A stretch of 64,000 nucleotides of DNA from an uncultured Myxococcales bacterium (GTDB taxonomy: Bacteria; Myxococcota_A; UBA9042), in the NCBI GenBank assembly GCA_903929795.1, contig CAIYWC010000033.1:12724-76723 (forward strand). The letters are read 5' to 3'. The notes under the pieces were generated by a model. It saw nothing but the letters and a program-made list of their open reading frames with translations. It ran no database searches and was not told the DNA's origin. This document shows, piece by piece, positions 9,521 through 18,181 of this stretch (the stretch's first letter is position 1; each line of letters starts with the position of its first letter). The position numbers were made by a program, and so were the translations under genes.

Positions 9521-9634
9521 GCCAGCCTCCTGTGCCGCCAGCGTACCGTTTTGGCCGGGCTTCGTCAGCCACCGTTTGACGTCAGGGGCCATTTCCCGGC
9601 ACAACTGCGGCAGGCAATTTCCGGTAGGCGGCCC

Positions 9635-10060
9635 ATGACGACCCTGCGCATTCTTGTTTTTCCTCTGCTGTTCGCGGCGGCCTGTGCGCGTCAGCCTGAT
9701 CCCGCGCGGGCGCTGCGTGGCGCGTCCGACGGCCCGGCGTCCATCGCGTTGCCGAATAACCTCCTGGAACTTGTGGAGAAAGCTGATGTGAAGCGCGGCG
9801 AGGCGCTGTTTGTCAGCAAGGGCTGCAAGGCGTGCCACAACCTGACGGACGTCAAGCTGGTGGGCCCCGGCCTGCAAGGCGTGCTGGAGCGCCGGCACCT
9901 GAATTGGGTCGCGCGGATGATCCTGCGGCCGGACGTGATGGTGAAGCAGGACGCCGAGGCCAAGCAGCTCTTTGCCCTGGTCATGACGCCCATGGCCAAC
10001 CAAAACGTTGCGGTCGAGACCGAGCTGCCCGCGCTGCTGGCGCTGCTGAAGTCGCTGTGA
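9635..10060 (+). CDS. Class I c-type cytochrome lipoprotein
   Basis: MTTLRILVFPLLFAAA-C lipobox, heme motif CKACH, VGPGL, and a distal Met in TPMANQ. Confidence 0.9.
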   Translation: MTTLRILVFPLLFAAACARQPDPARALRGASDGPASIALPNNLLELVEKADVKRGEALFVSKGCKACHNLTDVKLVGPGLQGVLERRHLNWVARMILRPDVMVKQDAEAKQLFALVMTPMANQNVAVETELPALLALLKSL

Positions 10061-11478
10061 ACAGGGTCCGCGCGCTTGCGCTTTTGGCCGGTCTCACGGT
10101 GCTCCTGGGCTGTGGCGCTGCGCCCATCGCGCCGCCGCCGCCGACCGGCGCTTTTGCGCCTTTTGCCGCCGAGGTCGCGCGGATTCTGCAGCCGGCGCGC
10201 GCGGATCGCGGCGCGTTTCAGAAGCTGACGGAGTTGTGCGACGGGATCGGCAATCGTCTCGCGGGTTCAGAGGCGCTCGATCGCGCGATCGCCTGGGCGC
10301 AGGCGACCCTGCGCGCGGACGGCTTGGCCAACGTCCACGCGGAGCCGGTGACCGTGACCCGTTGGGTGCGCGGGCAGGAATCGCTGGAGCTGCTGACGCC
10401 GCGGCCACTGGCGCTGACGATGCTGGGGCTGGGCGGATCGGTGGCAACGCCGCCCGAGGGCGTGACGGCGGAGGTCGTCGTGGCCCACGACGAGCATGAC
10501 CTGAAGCTGCTGGGCGAGCGGATCCGCGGGCGCATCGTGCTGTTTGACAATCCGATGCCGGTGTACACGCCGGAGACGGGCGCGCAGTACGGAGAAACCG
10601 TGCGATTTCGTGGACATGGCGCGGCGATCGCCGGCAAGCTGGGCGCGGTGGCGGTGCTGGTCCGCTCGGTGACGGCGCGCAGCCTGGCGACGCCGCACAC
10701 GGGCAACACGCGGTACGACGACGACGGGCCGAACATCCCGGCGGCGGCAGTGTCGACCGAACACGCGGCGCTGCTGACGCGGCTGATCGCACGCGGCGAG
10801 GTGGTCAAGGTGCGGCTGAAGATGCAGGCGCGCACCGAAGGCACAGCGCCGAGCGCGAACGTGCTGGCGGAGTTACCTGGGCGGGAGTGGCCCGAGCAGG
10901 TCGTCGTGTTGGGCGGCCACCTGGATTCCTGGGACGTGGGTCAAGGCGCGCACGACGACGGCGCAGGCTGTGTGATGGCGATGCAGGCGGTAGCGCTGCT
11001 GAAACGGCTGGGGCTGCAGCCGCGGCGCACGATTCGCGTCGTGCTGTGGACCAACGAGGAGAATGGCCTCGCGGGCGCGAAGGCGTATGCGCAGGTGCAC
11101 GCGGGCGAGCTGGTGCGGCACGTCGCGGCGCTGGAGGCGGATTCCGGTGCGTTCCGGCCTGAAGCGCTGACGGTGGAGCTTCAAGACGCGGAGCAGGAGG
11201 CCAAGGCGGCGGCCCAGCTGCACCAGCTGGCGGGGCTGCTGGCTGGGATGCAGCTTGAGATCCGGCAGCGCGGATCCGGCGCGGACGTGGCGCCGATGAA
11301 GTCCGGCGGCGTGCCGCTTGTCGGCTTGGTCATGGAAAGTTCGACGTATTTTGACTACCACCACACACCGGCGGATACGCTGGACAAGGTCGACCCGGCG
11401 CTGCTGGCGCAAGGCGAGGCGCTGTTTGCCGCGTTGGCGTACGTGCTCGCGGAGTGGCCCGGGCAGTTGGGGCGGTAG
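10057..11478 (+). CDS. M28 family metallopeptidase (carboxypeptidase Q-like, PA domain), lipoprotein
   Basis: GTG overlaps the cytochrome c stop (GTGA). LLG-C lipobox; motifs GGHLDSWDVGQGAHDDGAG, WTNEENGL, EADSG and YHHTPADTLDK. Confidence 0.92.
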   Translation: MNRVRALALLAGLTVLLGCGAAPIAPPPPTGAFAPFAAEVARILQPARADRGAFQKLTELCDGIGNRLAGSEALDRAIAWAQATLRADGLANVHAEPVTVTRWVRGQESLELLTPRPLALTMLGLGGSVATPPEGVTAEVVVAHDEHDLKLLGERIRGRIVLFDNPMPVYTPETGAQYGETVRFRGHGAAIAGKLGAVAVLVRSVTARSLATPHTGNTRYDDDGPNIPAAAVSTEHAALLTRLIARGEVVKVRLKMQARTEGTAPSANVLAELPGREWPEQVVVLGGHLDSWDVGQGAHDDGAGCVMAMQAVALLKRLGLQPRRTIRVVLWTNEENGLAGAKAYAQVHAGELVRHVAALEADSGAFRPEALTVELQDAEQEAKAAAQLHQLAGLLAGMQLEIRQRGSGADVAPMKSGGVPLVGLVMESSTYFDYHHTPADTLDKVDPALLAQGEALFAALAYVLAEWPGQLGR

Positions 11479-11577
11479 CCCGCGCCGCGGGTGACGAATG
11501 CGTGCGCGCGTTGACCCGCATCGGCCGTGCCCAGTACGCTGTGCCGGCAGCCGCGTGGGGCCGCAGCGGAGTTGGGC

Positions 11578-12981
11578 GTGAAGCACCTGTTGAACTTGGG
11601 ATTTCTGCTGTTTGCGGCCTGTGGAGCTGCGGCGGCGACGACCGATGCAGCGATTGCCGATACCGAGTCGGGCACCGATGCCATGGCGCCGGCCGGCGAT
11701 GTGACCGCGGACAGCGCAGTGGACATCGCGACGGACGTGTCGATCGCGTTTCCCGCCCTCCAGCCGACGCTGTGCATGCCGACAAAGCCGATTGATTTGC
11801 TCGGATATGACCGCAACTACGTGATTTTGGAGACCAATCCGCTTTCGACCTGGGGCTTTGTTCAGGACAAGGATTGGTACCTACTGACGGTGATGCAGCA
11901 GGTGCCCGCGGTCAAGGCTGCGTTGCTGGCGGACCCGACGCTGCTGGCGCTGGCGCAAAAGCGCGAGTCGCAACTGCGCATGGCGGCAGCGAAATGCCAG
12001 CCCGTGCCGGCGTGCTTGTCGGCGGACACGACCTGCCTGACCGATGAAGCGGCCTGCCTGGGCCAGCAGGTGGCGTGGGCGCCGGATGACATCACCGCGA
12101 CGGCGGCGCAGGTCGGCAAAGTGCTGGCCAAGACCACAGTTGCGCACGATCACCTGCGGCCCAGCGGGCGGTATGCGCTGTACGTGAGCCAGACCGATGA
12201 GGCGCTCATCGCGCAGGCGACGATCGACGCGCTGAATACGCTCCAGGCGGTGTACGCGAATTTCGAGGCGAATCGCCCGGCGCTCGATCTGGCCAACTCC
12301 TTGACTTCCGTGGCGTTTGACCACCCGACGGCGCTGCAGTTCTTTGAGCCGCTGCTCTGGGCGGCGATCGACGGCATGAAGGCGCAGAACCACGACCAGG
12401 CCGGCCGCGACGAGCCGCTGGCGCTGGGCGCGAACAAGCCGGCGCTGGAGCGGATGAAGACCATTGACTGGACGCAGTGGCGTTTTTCCGTCGTGCTCGG
12501 CTTGGGCTGGGGACCGGAAGACAGCGCGCCGCTGTCCGAGCTGGGCCGCGAGCACTGCGACATCGTGGCGTCGCGGTTTCAGGCGGGCCTCGCGCCGTTC
12601 ATCATGCTCACCGGCGGCCACGTGCACCCCGCGGACACGACGCCGTATGCGGAAGCGCTGGAAATGAAAAAGTATTTGATGGCGACATACAACATCCCGG
12701 AGAACGCGATCCTCGTGGACCCGCATGCGCGCCATACGACGACGAATATGCGCAATATTGCTAGGGAAATGATGGAATACGGCATGCCGTTGGACAAGCC
12801 GGGGCTCTATTCCTCGGACGTGGCGCAGACGTTCTACGTGCTGCACCTGGACACACGCTGCCAGACCGACCTGGGCTACGTGCCCTACCGCACCGTGCAA
12901 TCGCTCAGCGACAACGACGACTGCTTCCTGCCGGCGGCGGAGTCGATGTTCTACGACGCCCGCGACGAGCGCGATCCGTAG
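11578..12981 (+). CDS. YdcF/DUF218 (ElyC/SanA-like) domain lipoprotein
   Basis: MKHLLNLGFLLFAA-C lipobox; C-terminal LTGGHVHP...AEALEMKKYL...ILVDPHARHTTTNMRN. Confidence 0.82.
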   Translation: MKHLLNLGFLLFAACGAAAATTDAAIADTESGTDAMAPAGDVTADSAVDIATDVSIAFPALQPTLCMPTKPIDLLGYDRNYVILETNPLSTWGFVQDKDWYLLTVMQQVPAVKAALLADPTLLALAQKRESQLRMAAAKCQPVPACLSADTTCLTDEAACLGQQVAWAPDDITATAAQVGKVLAKTTVAHDHLRPSGRYALYVSQTDEALIAQATIDALNTLQAVYANFEANRPALDLANSLTSVAFDHPTALQFFEPLLWAAIDGMKAQNHDQAGRDEPLALGANKPALERMKTIDWTQWRFSVVLGLGWGPEDSAPLSELGREHCDIVASRFQAGLAPFIMLTGGHVHPADTTPYAEALEMKKYLMATYNIPENAILVDPHARHTTTNMRNIAREMMEYGMPLDKPGLYSSDVAQTFYVLHLDTRCQTDLGYVPYRTVQSLSDNDDCFLPAAESMFYDARDERDP

Positions 12982-13100
12982 CTACACAGGCTGACCCCTT
13001 GGCGACGTCAGACACGCCGCGGCTGGAAGCGGACTCATCTGAAACGCGGCGACCGTGCAGAGCGCTTCCGGCGTGGACAGAATTCCGGCCGTGGTCCACG

Positions 13101-16100
13101 ATGGCGTCGCCGCTGCCGGTGGACGGTCGCGCGCCAGAGGTGGACTTGCCCAACAGCAATACGCCCGAGCAACCGCTCGCGCAGTTGGAGACGCTGGAGC
13201 CGGACGACTTGGAATCGCGGGCGCCGGTTGGCCCGCGCCCGGTCACGTCGGCGACGACGGCGTTTGACGCCAAGCGGTCGCCAAGCCGCGGGACTGAGCC
13301 GCTGCCGACGGTGGAAGTCGGTTATGAAATCGACCACTTCCGCGTTGTCCGGCTGCTGGGTCAAGGCGGCATGGGCCGCGTCCTGTTGGCGCGCGATACC
13401 CAGCTGGGCCGCCTGGTGGCGCTCAAGCTGATCCGGGAAGACCGGCTGGATCGCCTGGCGCTGGACGCGCTGCTGGCCGAGGCGCGGCTGACGGCGCGGC
13501 TGTCGCATCCCAACATCGTGACAATCCACGACATTGGCCGGTTTGACAACGCGTTGTACTTGGCGCTGGAGTACGTCGAAGGCGGCACGCTGCGGGATCG
13601 CCTGAGCGGCCAGGTGCTGCAGACCCGGGAGGCGATGCGGCTGGCGCTGCCGATTGCCCGCGCCCTGGAAGCGGCGCACGCCGCGCTGGTCAGCCACTGC
13701 GATCTCAAGCCCGAGAATGTGCTGGTGCCGCCCGATGGCCGGCTACGCGTCGTCGATTTTGGCATCGCGCGCGCGATCGACACGCGGCCACGAGATGCGC
13801 GCGAGCCCGGCCGGGAGCGCGTCGCCGGGACCCCGGGCTACATGGCGCCGGAGCAGTGGCGCGGCGAGGCGGTGACCGCCGCGGTGGACGTCTGGGCGCT
13901 GGGCGTCATCCTCACCGAAATGCTGGCGGGGCATCGGCCTTTTGAGGGTCCAAACAACGACGGGCGGCCGCTCCATGCGCGCGTGCTCGACCCGGAGCTG
14001 CCGCCCGAACCGCTGGACCATGAGCCGCCGGCGGTGCGCCAGTTGGTCGCCGAGATGCTGAACCGCGATCCCGCGCGGCGGCCGTTGGCAGCCGAGGTCG
14101 CGCAGGCGCTGGAGCACCTACTGCAGAGCGATGGCGCAGCGTCGCCGATCGCGGAGTCGCCGTTTCGCGGCCTGCTGCCGTTTGAAGAGCGCCACGCCGG
14201 CTTTTTCTTCGGTCGGGAGATCGAGGTCGACGCGGCGGTGGAGCGGCTGCGAACCGTGACACTGTTGCCGATCGTCGGACCGTCGGGCGCGGGCAAGAGC
14301 TCGTTTGTCCAGGCGGGCGTGTTGCCGCGGCTGCGCGAGCAAGGCGCCGTGACGTTGCTGGCCCTGCGCCCGGGTCCCCAGCCGCTGGCGGCGTTGGCGG
14401 CGCGCTTGCTGGTTCCGGAGACCGTGGATTCCAACCGCGACGCCCGGTCGCAGCCGGACGCGGTGGCGGCGCTGGCGGCGGCGCTGTTGGCCCGTCCGGG
14501 GCACGCCAACGTGCTGCTGCACGGCCTCGCGGACGCGACGCGCGCGCGCGTGGTGCTTTTTGTCGACCAGCTGGAAGAGGTGATGACCCAGGGCGGTCCG
14601 CCCGAGCACGCCCGCGCATTTCTGGAGGCGATCGCGCGCGCCGCCGATCCGGTGGACGACCAGGTGCGGGTCATCGTCACGCTGCGCGACGACTTTTTGG
14701 CCCGGCTGGCGGTGGGCGACGCAATGGCGGCGGCGCTGAACAACGTGCTCGTCGTGCGCCGGCTGGATGATCAGCTGCTGCGCGAGGCTGCGACGCGGCC
14801 GCTGGCGCGCCTGGGCTACGCCTGGGACGATCCCGAAGTCGTGAACCGCATGGCGTCCGAGCTGCGCGGGCTGGCGTCTGCGCTGCCGCTGCTGCAGTTT
14901 GCCTGTGCGGCGCTGTGGGAGCGTCGGGATCAGCGCAGCCACGTGCTGCGGCGCGCGGATTACGAAGCAATCGGCGGCGTGGCGGGCGCGCTCGCGGCGC
15001 ACGCGGAGGCGGTTTTTGACGGGTTGCCGCCGCACGACTTGGAGGTCGCCCGCGTGTTGTTGCTGCGGCTGGTAGCCCCGGACGGCGCGCGGCGGGTGGT
15101 CGCGCGATCGCGCGCGCTCGAGGGCCTGGGTGATCGCGGGGAACTGCTGGCGGAGCGCCTGGCGAATGCGCGGCTGCTGTCGGTGCGGCGTTCGCGCGTT
15201 GCGGCGACCGGCGAGGCGGTGCTGGAGCTGGCGCATGATTCGCTGCTGCGCGATTGGCCGCAGCTGCGCCGCTGGCTGGACGAGAGCTCCGAGGAGCGTC
15301 TGGTGTTGACCGAAGTCGAGGACGCCGCGCGCGTGTGGCATGGCCGCGGCCGGCAACCGCGCGAAGTGTGGCCGCTCGATGGGGTGCTCGACGCGCGTCG
15401 GCGGCTGCGGGCGGAGAGCGTGGCGCTCTCCCAGACCGCGCGCGATTTTCTCGCGCTGGGCGAGTCGATTGGCCGTCGGGATGCAAGGCGCAAGCGCTGG
15501 GCGGTCGGCGGGTCGCTGCTGCTGGCGCTGGTGATCACGCTCACGTCGGTCGCCGCGGCGCTGGCATTTGCCAACAAGGAGCGGCAGACCACGCGGCAGG
15601 CGCAGTTGATCGCCCATGGCGCGGCTGAGCGCGCGTTGGCCGCGGCGGACACGGGGCTGGTCCAGCTGGACCTGACGCTGGTTGACTGGGACGCGCAGCA
15701 GCTCAGGCCGCGACCAGTTTCTGCCAGTGAATTTGCCGACTTGAATGTGACGCTGTGGGAAGTCGATCTCCCGGACGCGGCGACGCCGGAACATCCGCGC
15801 GACGCGCATTTCGTGCAGCTCTCGGCGCCGGAGCGTCGCGGCGGCCATTGGCGGGCAGAGCTGCAGACGCGGTCCGGGCCGGCGTTCTTGCGGGTCGATG
15901 GCCGCGGTCGCGGTGGGCAGCAGTGTCCGCCGTCGTGGCTCAAGGTCCGTCACCTGCCGGGCTGGAGCCAGCGCGCGCAAGGGCCAGTGACCTTGGCGTT
16001 GCAGATTCCGACGTGCGCCGCGTCGCGGGCGGACCTGCGCGAGGTCGCGCCGGGGCCGTTCTACCACGCTGGCGAAGGCACGCCGGCCCTTGCCGGTCAT

Positions 16101-16751
16101 CTGCGGCCACAGCCGGAGCGCTTGGTCGACCTGCCCGGTTTTGCCATCGACCGGACCGAGACGACCAACGCCTGGTTTGCGGCGTTCGCGGCCAACCAAC
16201 CGGCGACCGGCATCCAGACGCCGGATTATCCCAGCCAAATGCGGGAAATGGGTATGGATGCGCCGGATCGGCCGGTGGTGGCGGTCGACGCGGCGACAGC
16301 GGATGCCTTTTGCGCCTGGCTGGGCAAGGCGCTGCCGACGACCGAGGAGTGGACCAAAGCGGGGCGCGGCGGTCTGGTGCTGGATCGCGCCGGGCAGCTG
16401 GTCAATCCGCTGCCGCGCCGCAACCTGCCGTGGGGCGAACGGCCGCCGGGACCGCAGTTCAACCTCAATGCACCGGGCGACCCCTGGGAGCTGTCCGCGC
16501 CCGTCACGGCGGACACCGCGGACGCGAGCCCGTACGGCGTCCTTGCGCTCGCTGACAACGTCGCCGAATGGACCGCGTCGGCGCCAGCTGGCAACGGCCA
16601 TGCGCTTCGCACGATCCGCGGCGGCGACTGGGGCGACCGCTGGAGCGACGGCACGCAATCGCTTGCCATCGAGAACCAGCGCAGTCCACGCTTTTTCGCC
16701 TTCAGCCTTGGCTTTCGCTGCGCCGCGCACGGGCCACCATGGGCGCCTTGA
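13101..16751 (+). CDS. Ser/Thr kinase - nSTAND1-type NTPase - TM - FGE/SUMF1-fold domain protein (copy 1)
   Basis: Kinase motifs LGQGGMG, VALK, HCDLKPEN, DFG and GTPGYMAPE. NTPase motifs VGPSGAGKSS and LFVDQLEE, then TLRDDF. TM segment WAVGGSLLLALVITL. FGE-like motifs IDRTETTN, LPTTEEWTKAGRG, NVAEW and GFRCA. Start could be TTG 12999. Confidence 0.92.
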   Translation: MASPLPVDGRAPEVDLPNSNTPEQPLAQLETLEPDDLESRAPVGPRPVTSATTAFDAKRSPSRGTEPLPTVEVGYEIDHFRVVRLLGQGGMGRVLLARDTQLGRLVALKLIREDRLDRLALDALLAEARLTARLSHPNIVTIHDIGRFDNALYLALEYVEGGTLRDRLSGQVLQTREAMRLALPIARALEAAHAALVSHCDLKPENVLVPPDGRLRVVDFGIARAIDTRPRDAREPGRERVAGTPGYMAPEQWRGEAVTAAVDVWALGVILTEMLAGHRPFEGPNNDGRPLHARVLDPELPPEPLDHEPPAVRQLVAEMLNRDPARRPLAAEVAQALEHLLQSDGAASPIAESPFRGLLPFEERHAGFFFGREIEVDAAVERLRTVTLLPIVGPSGAGKSSFVQAGVLPRLREQGAVTLLALRPGPQPLAALAARLLVPETVDSNRDARSQPDAVAALAAALLARPGHANVLLHGLADATRARVVLFVDQLEEVMTQGGPPEHARAFLEAIARAADPVDDQVRVIVTLRDDFLARLAVGDAMAAALNNVLVVRRLDDQLLREAATRPLARLGYAWDDPEVVNRMASELRGLASALPLLQFACAALWERRDQRSHVLRRADYEAIGGVAGALAAHAEAVFDGLPPHDLEVARVLLLRLVAPDGARRVVARSRALEGLGDRGELLAERLANARLLSVRRSRVAATGEAVLELAHDSLLRDWPQLRRWLDESSEERLVLTEVEDAARVWHGRGRQPREVWPLDGVLDARRRLRAESVALSQTARDFLALGESIGRRDARRKRWAVGGSLLLALVITLTSVAAALAFANKERQTTRQAQLIAHGAAERALAAADTGLVQLDLTLVDWDAQQLRPRPVSASEFADLNVTLWEVDLPDAATPEHPRDAHFVQLSAPERRGGHWRAELQTRSGPAFLRVDGRGRGGQQCPPSWLKVRHLPGWSQRAQGPVTLALQIPTCAASRADLREVAPGPFYHAGEGTPALAGHLRPQPERLVDLPGFAIDRTETTNAWFAAFAANQPATGIQTPDYPSQMREMGMDAPDRPVVAVDAATADAFCAWLGKALPTTEEWTKAGRGGLVLDRAGQLVNPLPRRNLPWGERPPGPQFNLNAPGDPWELSAPVTADTADASPYGVLALADNVAEWTASAPAGNGHALRTIRGGDWGDRWSDGTQSLAIENQRSPRFFAFSLGFRCAAHGPPWAP

Positions 16752-16776
16752 CGGTCGCGGCAATGCGGCTCAGGAT
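16748..16776 (+). promoter_or_regulatory. Putative internal sigma70-type promoter for the beta-rich gene (copy 1)
   Basis: TTGACG-N17-CAGGAT; the same geometry recurs in copy 2. Confidence 0.45.
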
Positions 16777-16809
16777 CGGCGCGTTCGCCAACCCAAACAG
16801 GAGGTTTCC

Positions 16810-17532
16810 ATGTCTTTTCCAACGCTCCCCGGGTTTCAGACCATCGGCGTGGCCGTTCAGGCGACGATCACCGCGTACAACGCCACCACGACCGATTTCT
16901 CTTTCACCGTTGGCGGCACGGGCTACAGCGCCACGTGGAGCACGGACGTCGTCGCCAACGTCATCAACACGATCAGCCGCACGGTCGGCTCCAACGGCCG
17001 CCTGAACTTGCGCGCCGCCAAAGCGAGCGGCCTGCGCCTGACCGGCACGCAGAGCGCGGGCTCCAACTACGGCGGCACCGATTTCCAGACCTACAGCGCC
17101 TACGGCGCGACCGTCCGCAGCGTCAGCGGCAATAACGTCACGCTCAACGTCGGCGGCAAGGACGTGACGGTCGACTGGACCAACCCCGGCGAGATCTGGA
17201 CCGGCGCCGAGACCACTATCACGCCGTCGCTCGGCAGCAGCGGAACCGCGCGGATCGGCGACGCTTTCGGCCGCAGTCAGGGCTTGGGCGGCCCGGACAA
17301 ATGGCCGGCCACGCTGACACGCGGCGCGCTGGCGCACGTGCGCGTGCTGTGCGCGGGACCGATGGGTCACGTCCACGCGCTGGATTCCAGCGACCTGCCG
17401 GTGCGCGACAGCCGTGGCAACGTCGGCACGTGGCAGCTGCCGGCCAGCGTCCAAGGCTTTGACCCGCAGAATCCGGCACCGCAGACCGTGGCGATTCCGC
17501 ATGGGCTCAGGGCGCAACTTGGCATTCCGTAA
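16810..17532 (+). CDS. Unknown beta-rich 240-aa protein with internal duplication (paralog of 21794-22588)
   Basis: AGGAGG RBS then ATG 16810 (MSFPTLPGFQTIGV...). No signal peptide. Clear similarity to copy 2 (VDWTNPGEIWTGAETTITP vs VDWYNPSNVWTGSETAITP). Confidence 0.85.
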   Translation: MSFPTLPGFQTIGVAVQATITAYNATTTDFSFTVGGTGYSATWSTDVVANVINTISRTVGSNGRLNLRAAKASGLRLTGTQSAGSNYGGTDFQTYSAYGATVRSVSGNNVTLNVGGKDVTVDWTNPGEIWTGAETTITPSLGSSGTARIGDAFGRSQGLGGPDKWPATLTRGALAHVRVLCAGPMGHVHALDSSDLPVRDSRGNVGTWQLPASVQGFDPQNPAPQTVAIPHGLRAQLGIP

Positions 17533-18079
17533 CGGCTACCAGCGCGCACCGATCTCCGTCCGGCGCTTCCGCGAGTGACGCTGCGGCGTGAAAGCCAGCG
17601 GGGCCAAAATCGTGGGGATCGACGCCGAGCACTGCGACCTGAACGCGACATCCGAGGCGCCGCTTCAGCCCCACCGCCAGCAGCGCGCCGTCGCCCTCCG
17701 CGCCGAGCGGCAGATCGCGCGCCAGCCCGCCCACGCCGACCCCGCAGCCGAGCAGCCGCAGCACCGTTTCGGAGTCAACAAGCGCTGGCGGATTGAGGAC
17801 TTGCGCAAGCACGCGCTGGATCGCCGGATCGCCGCTCAGCAGCGCGTCGCCGACCGAGAGCGCGCCCGGCTCCCCGTGGCCGACCAGATCCAGCACCGCC
17901 AGCGCGCCAAATCCCAGCTCGCGCTGGCGAAAGCGCACTTCGGTCAGCGCCTGCCATAGTCCGGTAAAACGCACGATGATCACGGCGGAATTCTCCACCC
18001 GCTCCGCGCAGGCATCCAGCCCGGCGTCTTCACCCGGCCACCGTTCCACCAACATGACATGCGGCCGCTGTGTCGCCAT
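17507..18079 (-). CDS. DUF4347-like caspase-fold (clan CD) His/Cys protease domain protein (copy 1)
   Basis: GGAGG RBS then ATG 18079. Motifs LDLVGHGEPGALSVG and TVLRLLGCGVG, followed by GALLAVGLKRRLGCRVQV. The 3' end overlaps the convergent gene by 26 nt. Confidence 0.78.
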   Translation of the reverse strand: MATQRPHVMLVERWPGEDAGLDACAERVENSAVIIVRFTGLWQALTEVRFRQRELGFGALAVLDLVGHGEPGALSVGDALLSGDPAIQRVLAQVLNPPALVDSETVLRLLGCGVGVGGLARDLPLGAEGDGALLAVGLKRRLGCRVQVAVLGVDPHDFGPAGFHAAASLAEAPDGDRCALVAVTECQVAP

Positions 18080-18181
18080 CGGCACCTCCACCGGCAGCGT
18101 CGGCGGCGTCGGCGTCGGCGTCAAGTTGCCAATGGACACCGCGAGCGCATTCCGTCACGATCCCGGCGGCCGTCGACCTTC

